A stretch of 27,213 nt of DNA from Candidatus Scatosoma sp. (GTDB taxonomy: Bacteria > Bacillota > Clostridia > Christensenellales > Borkfalkiaceae). Below are positions 8,426-19,200 of the stretch, in pieces. Within the stretch, counting starts at the first letter, position 1. Every line of letters starts with the position of its first letter. The notes below the pieces were generated by a model that saw nothing but the letters and a program-made list of their open reading frames with translations, had not been told where the DNA came from and made no database searches. The DNA lies in NCBI GenBank assembly GCA_045594165.1, contig JAZNXZ010000026.1:1-27213 (forward strand), in the 5' to 3' direction. The position numbers and the translations under genes were made by a program.

Positions 8426-9991
8426 TTAAATACCGTAATTATTAAATCTTTCTTCGTAAAGATAATATTTTTCAGACAAACGGTTTAAGAGCATCACGGG
8501 GATCACCTCTACGTGATGTCTGCCGTATTCTTCCACCATAATCAAAATGCGGTTGTGTGCCGAAATCTTTTCAGGCGCGGTAAGCACAATGTCTACCGCC
8601 TCCGAGTTGTACGTATTTTCGCTAATGCACCACCACTGCGGAACGAACACGTCAAATTCTTCCGCGCTTGCCGACCAACCGTCGGGCAACAGCAACGAAA
8701 CCTTGACGTTGTGCGATTGTTGACCGAACGCTTTCAAACGGTTTTGGAACATAATGGAAATACGTTTTTCTTCCCCTGCCTTGGCATACGGGCCGTCGTG
8801 AACGGTCACGAGGGCGTACGTCGCGCCGCAATTTTTAACAATCGTGTTCGGATTTTTTAACGTTAAGACGGAAACCGCCATTTCTTCCGATTCTTCGCTC
8901 TGTCCGTAAGGCAATGCAAAATATTCGATATCGCTATCCGTAAATTCGCTGTCTTCGCCGTAAACGAATTCGGGTACCTTTGCAAAGTGCCCTTTCATCT
9001 GATAGGTAACCATGGGCGCAAGTTTTACGACCTTTTCCGTCAAATTCGTGCACGTGCCAACAAACGGGAATGCCGCACCTTGGGTGATACTGCACGTCAC
9101 GATTTTATCGCCGATATATTCTTCCCAATCCTTAGGAATACCTGCCGTGCCGTACATGATACCCAGTACCGAGCCGACCGTACCTGCCGTACAATCGGTA
9201 TCGTCGCCGCAATTCACAGCCAAAAGCATGGATTTTTTGAAATCGCCTTCGCCGTACAAAAGACCGAGCGTCGCATAACCCACGTTGGAGGGCGCGCAGA
9301 ACCAACCGTCGCCGATGTCTTCATTTTCCTTGAAAATCGCGTCGCAAGCGTCCGTTGCAGGCACGCCTTTGTCGTAGCAATCCAAAATCAAACGTACGGT
9401 GCGCGCCATACGGCAATCGTACGGGATTTTTGCCAAACCGATTTCGATAAGCTTGCGCAAATCGCTAACCACGAACGCCGCGCTTTCCAACGCCGCAACG
9501 AACATAGCGGCATACGTACCCTCGCCGTTGCCGTGGTCAACCTTGGCGTCCTCAATAGCGTATCTTACCGCCATGTCGGGCTGTGCAGGGAAAAGCGTCG
9601 CCCAAATTTCCGTACGGATCCAAGCGCCGTTAGAATGTTTTAATCTGTCGTTGTTGACCGTTTCACCCGAAAGCGGAGGCACAATACCGATTTGCATGTT
9701 TTTAAGCGCAACCGAGTATTCGCCTGCGTACATGGTAATATAGGAAAGCCAATAATCACCCAAAACGTCCGCCGTGAGGTGTTTGGGACCTTCCATTTCC
9801 ATCGCGTGCAACCAAACGAGCTGTAAATCCAAATCATCGTTGGGGAGCGGCTCGCCCTTTTCGGTTACAAAACCCGTAATGTTCAATTTTTTGCGTACGC
9901 CCTCGAAAGGACCGCCCAACGTGCCGCCGATATTTTTACCGATCCAGCAAGCACGAACTTTGTCTTTGTAAACGTCGTAATTGAGTTTCAT
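8426..9991 (-). CDS. ADP-ribosylglycohydrolase family protein with a C-terminal extension, 521 aa
   Basis: GKNIGGTLG, PNDDLDLQL, SNGAWIR, NCGDDTDCTAGTVG motifs. Start moved to ATG 9991 (AAAGGTGG RBS). Confidence 0.88.
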   Translation of the reverse strand: MKLNYDVYKDKVRACWIGKNIGGTLGGPFEGVRKKLNITGFVTEKGEPLPNDDLDLQLVWLHAMEMEGPKHLTADVLGDYWLSYITMYAGEYSVALKNMQIGIVPPLSGETVNNDRLKHSNGAWIRTEIWATLFPAQPDMAVRYAIEDAKVDHGNGEGTYAAMFVAALESAAFVVSDLRKLIEIGLAKIPYDCRMARTVRLILDCYDKGVPATDACDAIFKENEDIGDGWFCAPSNVGYATLGLLYGEGDFKKSMLLAVNCGDDTDCTAGTVGSVLGIMYGTAGIPKDWEEYIGDKIVTCSITQGAAFPFVGTCTNLTEKVVKLAPMVTYQMKGHFAKVPEFVYGEDSEFTDSDIEYFALPYGQSEESEEMAVSVLTLKNPNTIVKNCGATYALVTVHDGPYAKAGEEKRISIMFQNRLKAFGQQSHNVKVSLLLPDGWSASAEEFDVFVPQWWCISENTYNSEAVDIVLTAPEKISAHNRILIMVEEYGRHHVEVIPVMLLNRLSEKYYLYEERFNNYGI

Positions 9992-10050
9992 AAAACCACC
10001 TTTCACTAAATATTGAAAACGGATTTTTGCCATATTTTCCGTTCTACGAT

Positions 10051-10079
10051 ATTATAACACACAAAATCGGTTTTGTAAA
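10051..10079 (-). promoter_or_regulatory. Sigma-A promoter of the ARH-isomerase-oxidoreductase operon
   Basis: TTTACA-17 bp-TATAAT with extended -10 TG. The palindrome ACAAAA-N4-TTTTGT (10061-10076) overlaps the spacer and -35. Confidence 0.7.
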
Positions 10080-10122
10080 TACTTTCAGGAAAATTTCTCG
10101 CGCTAATTTTAAGGAATTATAG

Positions 10123-10166
10123 AAAAACAAAAGGGTTGAGCATGATTGCCCAACCCCTTGTTTTTT
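10123..10166 (-). terminator. Intrinsic terminator after the giant gene
   Basis: Minus strand AAGGGGTTGGGCA-ATCA-TGCTCAACCCTTT followed by TGTTTTT. Confidence 0.85.
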
Positions 10167-10203
10167 ACCTAAAAACCGATGTTATTCAGTTTTTCATTTT
10201 GCC

Positions 10204-13200
10204 TTACGCTGCGTCGTTACCGCTGGAAGGATTTGCCCAGTAAACGTTAATTACTTCAGGATTATCATTTTGTGCTGCCAAACCTACGCCGAACGCCGTT
10301 GCGCCTTCACCGTACCATCTCAATTCGTAAACGGTATTTGCCACGAAGCTGGTTGCCTGCGTGCCGTCCATGTTGTATGCAACTACGTTAAGGCCCGTAG
10401 GGCAACCGTTTGCATTACCGTCGGAAAGGAGGTAACCACCACCGCCTTGGTTTACGCCGTCGATATAATACCAGCAGAAGAAGATGTAGGAGCTGTAACC
10501 CGTAATATCTCTGGATACTGCAAACTGAATGCTTGCGTAGTCGTCTTCTGCGTTCTTATAAATCATGGTCTTTTGATTTTCCATGCTAAGACCGAGAACA
10601 CTACCTGCGCTCCACATACTCGTACGAGCGTCTTGCGTTGCCGTGAATACCGTCGTGCCTGCTTCGAAACCGAGTTCGGTTACGTCGCCTGCATACTTGG
10701 AAGTCACACACTTGGTCGTATTTTCGAACTGTACCATCGTAGCGTCCTGCGTATAGGTGATACCCGTAGGCCATTCGGTAAGAGCCGTCGTGCCATCATC
10801 CGAGTAACCAATTACGTTAACGCTTGCAGCCTTGATGGAAACGTTGTCGTATACGATATTTTCGCCCGTATGTTGGTAACCTAATGCAACATTCAACGCA
10901 ATACCCGTTGCCTCAACTTCAACGTTCGTAAACGTGCTTACGTTAGCCGTCTGGAAACGGTTAGAGAACAACGCAACGTTCTTCCAGTCTTTGTGTTCCA
11001 TTTGGTCGATAACAACCTTAACGTTGGAAACGGTAATGTTATCCGCCCAGTGAGCAAAGAGCCCGAAGTATTGACCCCAGTTTTGGTTATTGTTATAACC
11101 CTGACCGCAGCTAGAACCGTGATATCTAACGCCTGCGAAGGTTACGTTCTTAACCGTTGCGCGATACATACCGCCGAAGATACCGCCTTCGGAAACGATT
11201 ACGTTGTTAACAATATGACCGAGACCGTCGACCGTACCACGGAAGTAGGACTTGTATTGAGTGTAACCTGCTGCGAAATAAATGCCCGAAGCGTCGATAT
11301 CGTTAGCAATTACGTAGTAACCTTCTACGTCGTTGCCTGCAACGTCAGAGTTACCTTGACCTTGCTTAACGCCGTCAACCGTTCTACCACCTACACCGAG
11401 AGCCTGCAATTCTTGCGCAGTCTTAATAATAGCGTCTGCACCGATTGCTTTCAGGTAATAAGTATCGTTTTCATGGGTGTATACGACAACGTCGTATTCG
11501 GTACCGACAGCAAAGTCTGCGTCGTACATACCGGTATTGCCGTCAAGACTGCCAACGGTGTCGCTGTAAATGAGCGTACCATCGACATAGATATATTTTA
11601 CCGTACCGTTGATATCATCGGGCAAGGTATACGAACCCGTTGCCGGCAAGAGGATGATATATTCATCCGATTCGTATGCGTTACCGTAGGTGATATCGCC
11701 GAAGTTCAAGATTGCAGAGCTTTCTGCACTAGTATCAAACGTACTTACCGCAATTGCCGACGTGTCGCCGTTGAGGAATACACGCAAGGTGTATACCGTA
11801 TTCGCTGCGAGCGAAGCAACATCAGCACCCTGTGCATCGAGAATGTAAGCCTTTCTTTCCGATGCGCCGTTTGCAGGCGTACAGCCAGCTGCGTTAACGG
11901 TGTAGTTACCAGTAAGAATGCTTGCATTCGTACCGTATGCCCATACGCAGAGCGAGTAAACCGTACGGTCGCCCGTGAACGAGAATTCTACGTCTACGTA
12001 GTCGTACTTAACGTTGCCGTATAAGCCGACGCGGTTGCCCCAAGCGTCGCCCGCAAGCGATACCTGCGTAACAGTCGAACCTGCGTCGAAGCCGAGCGCC
12101 GTTACGTCGCCTTCATACTTAGGAAGAAGAGCACCCGTTGCACTGGTATATACGTCGTTCTGTACGTCGAAGTTGCCCCATCTTGCGCTGGAAATGTAGT
12201 AGGTTTGTGCCGTACCCGTACCGAAGTGCAAGAATTTCAGCGTTTCGCCTTCTGCAAAGCATACGCGAATCGTATAGAACGTATTTGCCTCAAAACCGCT
12301 AGTGTACTGCGCTGCAAAGGTGTTGCCGTTTGCATCCCATACGTGTACGCTTCTGATTACGCTGTTGGTAGGATTCATCTGCGCACCGTAGATACCAAAG
12401 CTACCTTGCGTACCGCTACCGTTGGAAGGCCATGCCGTAAACGCACTTACTTTCACGGTAGGATATACGTCGAATTCTACGTAATCGAAATTATCCGAAT
12501 CTGCAGGGATAAGGATTCTATCCGTCCAAAGGTTGGTATTTACGATTTCGTAAACCGCATCGCTTGCCTTGAAGCCCATCGACGTCGTATCGCCGGTGTA
12601 TGCCGTCAATTCTACGTTGCTGGTGTTTTGAATTGCAACACCCGTAACGTCAGGAACCTTAACGGTTGCCGACATAACGTAGGTATCGCCATCCGTAATA
12701 ACGGTCATAACTTTACCTGCGCCAGCCGTCAATTCAACGTCGATTGCAACGTCTTTGCCGTTGAGGCTGCCGGTGGTGCTGCTGTAAACAACAGCACCGT
12801 CAACCATAATTGCTTTTACCGTACCTTCGATTGCATCAGGCAACGTGAACGTGCCGTCTTCAACCGAGATTTCTACTGTTTCATTAACTTCGACTTCGTT
12901 ACCGAAGGTAATGTCACCGAAGTTCAAGATTGCCGAGCTTTCTGCACTGGTATCGAACGTACTTACTGCAAGCGTAGACGCGTCGCCGTTGAGATATACA
13001 CGCATGATGTATACCGTATTCGCCGCATACGCATTTACCGTATTGCCGTTCGTATCGAATACCTGAATCGTTCTTGCCGATGCGTTGTTTGCAGGTACGC
13101 CGCCCGTAGGAGTAACGGTGTAGTTACCGGTAAGAATGCTTGCGTCCGTGCCGTATGCCCATACGCAGAGCGAGTAAACCGTACGGTCACCCGTGAACGA

Positions 13201-16200
13201 CCATTCAACGTCTACGTAGTCGTACTTAATGCTAGTGTTGATACCAATACGTTCATTCCAAGCATCTGCAATCGTTACCTGCGTAACCGTCGAACCAGCG
13301 TCGAAGCCAAGTGCCGTTACGTCGCCTTCGTACTTAGGAAGAAGAGCACCCGTTGCATTGGTGTATACGTCGTTTTCTACGTCGCACGTACCCCATCTTG
13401 CAGCCGTTACGTAATACGTCTGCGCTGCGTTAGGTCCGAAGTGAACGTATTTCACCGTTTCGCCTTCAACGAAGCAGATACGAACCGTGTAGAACGTGTT
13501 TGCCGCGAAACCGCCAGTATACTGCGCTGCAAAGGTGTTGCCGTTTGCATCCCATACCTGAACGTTTCTTGCCAAACCGTCGGAGGTGTTCATCTGCGAG
13601 CCGTAAATGGTCATACTGCCTTGCGTGTTGCTACCATTGGAAGGCCAAGCAGTGAAGACCGTTGCCACAGTCGTGTAAATGTCGAATTCTACGTAATCGT
13701 AGTTATCCGAATCTGCAGGGAAGAGAATTCTATTGTCCCAAGTACTAGACGATACTACTTCGAAGATAGGCGTGCCGTCTGCGAAGCCGAATGCCGTTTC
13801 GTCGCCTGTGTACTGCGTCAATTTAGCATAGCTCGTATCCAAAGGCTGGTTAGGAATAATCGCATGTGCAACCGTTTCAAACGTTACGCCGTCAGGGAAG
13901 CTTTCCATCAAAGCCGCCGTGTTCTGAACGCCGTCAGCATACGAGTCAGCCGTGTAACCGATTGCCAAGTAGCTTGCCGCCTTGATTACAACGTCTTCGT
14001 ATACGTTGCCAGTATTGTGGTGAGTACCAAGCAAGGTCTTCAAATCCATGTAGCTTGCGTCTACCATAATGTTACGGAACGTCGCTGCACCGGAAGCACC
14101 GCTATTTACAAGCAAGCCGTCTCTCTTATACGTCCATACGCCAGCAGGAGCTTTTGCCAAGCTGATTTCGATATCTTCAATCGTCGTGTTAGGAGCCACA
14201 TACGCCAAGATAGATGCGTAGCCACCAGTTTCGCTCGATACCGTATTAGGAACCGAATCCAAGAGTTGTGCGTCAACCAAGATAAGGTTTCTGATCGTTG
14301 CACCGTTTGCCGTACCGAAGATACCACCGTCCGAAACGCGCATGTTGATAAGCTGATGTCCGTTACCGTCGAATACGCCACGGAACTCGTACGAGCCTGC
14401 CACACCGAACGTACCGGACGCCTTAGCATAACCTGCCGTGATTACGTCGGAGTAGTCGTCTGCATGTTCAAACGTGATATCGTTTGCAAGTACGTAGTAA
14501 CCATTAGCGGAGTCGGTTGCCGTCGTACTGTTGCGGCCTCTACCGATAAGTTTGAGGTCTTCCGCCGTCTTGATGTACGTGATTACGTTAACGTTGGTGA
14601 AGCTGATTGCCGTTGCACCAGACGAGAGGTTAACCGTCGTCGTCGTCGCGTTGATTGCCATTGCGTCAATCGTAACCGTTAACTGACCAGCCGTTTCAAC
14701 CGTAAATTCGGTTTCTTCCATACCTGCTACGGTCATCGTCCATACGCTACCTTCCGTGAAGGCTGCGTCTTCAAACGTAATCTGATGGTTAACGTCGTTT
14801 TCGTATGCAGTTTCAATTTCTGCAAAGACTGTCAAATCGCCAATTTCCGTGGTACCGAAGTATACTGCGTTGTCTACTACCGACCAAGGTTCACCCATAG
14901 CCGTTACGTTATCCGCGGATACTTCGCTCCACAACGTGTAGCTATAGCAGGTTGCCGAAGCGTTGTTCTTAACTGCTACGATATTGGATGCGCCTGTTAT
15001 AATTGCGTGTGCATTTTCAATCGTGCCGTTGTTATTGTACGTTATCGCTGCAATCGTGTTGTCAATCAACGTAACGCCTTCTGTTACGATTACGTCAACC
15101 ATTACGTTGCGTACCGTACCAACGTTTTCTTGTGCAACGAAGCCCGTGAAGAGGTAATCATTGTATTCTCTACCAGCATGCGAATCGTTAACTTTTACTT
15201 TAGCATATACGTTTTCAACCGTACCGTTGTTGGTGTATACGATACCACGCTTGCTACCGCCCGATATGAGCGTAAAGGAGTTAAGATCGAAACCGATGTT
15301 TTCAACCGTACCGTTGTTGACGTAGATGAATGCAGGATTCATTACGCTGACACCATTAATCCAGTTGTTCGTTACCGTTTCACCCTCAATATTGGTAATC
15401 GAGTCGTGGTGAATATACGTATTTTTAATTACGTGGCCTTGACCATCGAGAATACCGTAGAATACTGCGATACCTTTCAAGGATGCACCGCTCATATCCA
15501 AATCAGACGTGAGAACGTAATGACCATAAAGGTTGGATTGAAGAATCGACTGCAATGCGTTTACGTTAGCAACGTTTGTGCTGTTGAGTTCAATTACATT
15601 TTGTACGATGTTGATAGGCAAGCTAATCTTCGTCGTACCTGCCGTAAGCGTGAGCGTCTTAACGCCACCGTCTTTTGCCGTGAACGCTGCCAAAGGCATA
15701 GCCCACGAAGACGAGTCAATCGTGCCTTCGTAAATAACCGTGTCAACGTATTTAACAGTTACGGTCTTGCCTTCGAGATAGCTGTAAACTTCGCTGAGGT
15801 CAACCGTCGCCGTATCAGCAATTACAACCGACGTACCAGCTAAGGTATGACCAAAGTTTACGTCTACTGCGTTCGCCTCGATTTCAACCAAACCGTCGTA
15901 AACTTCGTAGTTGCCGAACGTCATAACGTTTGCATCCGTTACGTTCCAAGGCGTAGCCCACGATCTTACGTTAGCGCCGTGCGTTGCGTCGTCAAGCAAG
16001 TTGTTCGCTTTTACAAACGCCGCTGCATTATCGTAGTCGCCGCTTGACGTGTTGGTGTTGCAGTTTCTAAATACGCGTACGATTTCCGTCGAATCGTTGT
16101 TATCCAACAGGATTGTGTCGTTCACTTCAACGCCCAATACGTAGAAGCCGTCCGTTTTCGTGTATGCAAGATTCGAAATCTTAGCGTACGTCAAGTCTGC

Positions 16201-19200
16201 AAACGAAACAGCCGATACGTCTACGATGATGTTATTCATTACAGAATAACCGCCCGCATTCGTATTGGTATTCGTCATGAATACCTGCGTTTCCGTACCG
16301 CTAACACCGCTTTCCATCGAAACAACCTGTACGTAGATGTTTTCGTACGTACCGCTACCACGGTTTGCAATGAGCGACGTCTGCGTGCCAATCTTCGCAC
16401 CCGTAAACGCTACGTCTTTAATCGTACCGCCACCCATCGTAATGATGAACGCGTTGTATTGACCGCTGGTTTCCATGCCCTTAATTGCATGGCCGTTACC
16501 GTCGAATACGCCCTTAAAGCCTGCGTTTTTACCTGCGCCCCAATCTTCCCAGATTGCGCCTTCGGTGTCAGCAGGTACGTCTACACCCGCCGTCAACAAC
16601 TGATAAAGCGTACCCTTACCGCCTGCGTACTTCGCGATAGGCGTCCAAACTTTGTTGTATTCGATATCGTTGCCGAGTGCGAAGTAACCGGAAAGAACTG
16701 CATTCTTCTGCAATTCGATTACTAAGCCAGCCGCTACCGAGTTGTCTGCTGCAACGGATTGCCATTGATCAAGTTCGTCTGCACTGTCGATGATCATCGT
16801 GTAAACGTTTGCGTTTACCGTGTATATCGTATTCGCCGTTTCAATCAAGAGCGCCTTGTTTTCGCCAAGGTGCGCCATCTTGACAGGTCTGCTTGCCATC
16901 GCAAATTCGCCAGCAGTTGCCGAGCTACCGCTGAATACTGTCAAATCTTCAACTGCTGCGTCGGAAGATTCGATCTTAATCGAGAGGATATCACCCGAGA
17001 TACCGTTGATACCGCTAAGGTCAAGCGTGTCGGTGATTGCCTCAATCGTTACCGTACCTGCAAGCGCGGTATGCGCTTTACCTACGGTAAACGTCATTTC
17101 TTGTACATAACCTTCGTTGGAGGTTACTACTACCGTGAACTGCGTGCCGATTGCAACGCTAGAAGCTACGCTAACCGTAGCATCGCTAACCGTTACGCCG
17201 TCTACCGTTTCTGCCAAATCATACGTGTACGTCAAAGCGTCATAACTACTGCTTACCGTCACGTCGAACGATTTGCCAATTTCCACTTCCGTCTTCGTGT
17301 TGGTAATCGTGAACGGATGCTGGAACGTAATGCCGTCAGGGAATTCGCCAAGCATTGCCGCCGTATTCGCGCCGTTGGCGGTATACGAGTCACCCGTGTA
17401 ACCGATTGCAAAGTAACCATCTGCAATAATCGTTACGTTTTCGTATACGTTGTCTTCACTATGAGTGATACCCAAGATGTTATCAATCGTCAAACCGGTT
17501 GCATCAATCGTAATGTTACGGAAAGTAGCAGCACCCTCAGAACCGGTAACGATGAGCATACCCATTCTCTGCCAAGAATATTCGCTGGGAACAGATGCTA
17601 CGGTGATGTTGATATTTTCAAACGTAGAGTTGGGAGCCCAGTGACCAAGCAAGGCAATGTAACTACCGTTGTTGTAGGTTGTTCCCGATGCAGGAAGACC
17701 GTTTCTGATATATTCTACGTTGGTGAAGTTTACGTTCTTAACGATTGCGCCGTCCATTGCGCCGAAGATACCGCCGTCTGCTACGCGGATACCGTCGATG
17801 GTATAACCGTTACCGTCGAACGTACCCTTAAATCTGTTGCTAACGCCAACACTGTTAACGTAATCATGAGGATAACCTGCCATAACTACGTCGCTCATGT
17901 CGTCTGCATGTTCGATCGTGATGTTGTTTGCAAGCATGTAGTAGCCGGTCTTGTCGCCCTCATTTGCGTTAACCAAACCACCTACGCCGATTTTCTTGAG
18001 ATCGTCAAGCGTTTCAATGTATTCGATTTGATCACATACGGCTGCAGTGAGCGTGTATTCGTACATTTCGTTTGCAATGATCAAATCTTGGCTAGGTGTG
18101 TTTGCAAGAGCTGCAACTTCCGTGCTGTCGCAGGTGATTACGCCGTCGGTAATGCTACCTACGCCCGTTGCTGCATTGTAAAGCACAACGCCGTTCATCT
18201 TCACATATTCAATTTCGCCGGTAATTGCGGTGGGAACATTAAACGTACCTACCGTCTTTTCAATAATTACGCTTTCGTCGAGCGTTTGTTTCCACTTCGC
18301 TACCTTAAAGGTACGCGTATCTACATAGCTGCCGTTGTCCGCTACTACCGTGAAGGTCGTGTTGGGCAATACGCTGTCTGCTACCGATACAACGTCACCG
18401 TTTTCACCGCCGAGCGTTACGCCCTCTGGTGCGTTTGGAATGGTGAACGTAACCGTACCCGATTCGTTATTCGTCGTGAGGGTAAGCGAGTCGCCGCCTG
18501 CGATTTCCGTTTCCGTATTCGTGAAACCGAATGCGCTGATAATCGTTACGCCTGCGGGTTTCACGCTGCTAGGCGATTGCTTGCTGCCATCGCTGTAGCT
18601 GTAGATGATACCTGCGTTCTGTTGCGAAACCTTCATAAGGAGGGTTACGTTATCACAGGTAAGCGCACCTGCATCCACGTTAGAACCGAAGATACAAGGA
18701 ATCGTGTTTTCAACGCGCGTCGTTGCATTTGCAACGTTGAGCGTTACGTTTCTGTAAATCAATCTGTTATGCGTGCCGTTTGCAATCAACAAACCGGTAT
18801 GGAAGTAGGAGGTATCGTGGTCTTCAATATCCGTGATACGGGTAAATTGAGCCGAAACGTTTTCAATCGTCGTGTTACCTCTTGCTGCGTTTGCAAACAA
18901 CGCGCCGTAGTTCCAACCTGCCGTTGCCGACAATTCGATTTCTACGCCCGTGAAGTTTACGTCTTTAATCGTTGCATTCTTCAAGCCACCGAAGATACCG
19001 CTGTCGCCTGCGATAAGGTTCGAAATCGTGTAACCGTTACCGTCGAACGTACCGATGAAGTTGGAGTTGCCATAGCTATGACCAGGCGTGAAGAGTTTGC
19101 CTGCGCAATCAATATCGTTTACAAGGAGGTAGTAACCTGCGATATCGTTGCCTACTGCTAGCGAATTGTCAGCCCCTACGCCGAGCGCCGCGAGCTGTGC

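Noticed and set aside
48-9971. Plus-strand ORFs overlapping the pur and catabolic genes
   Set aside because: Antisense to clearly recognisable genes; translations lack family features.
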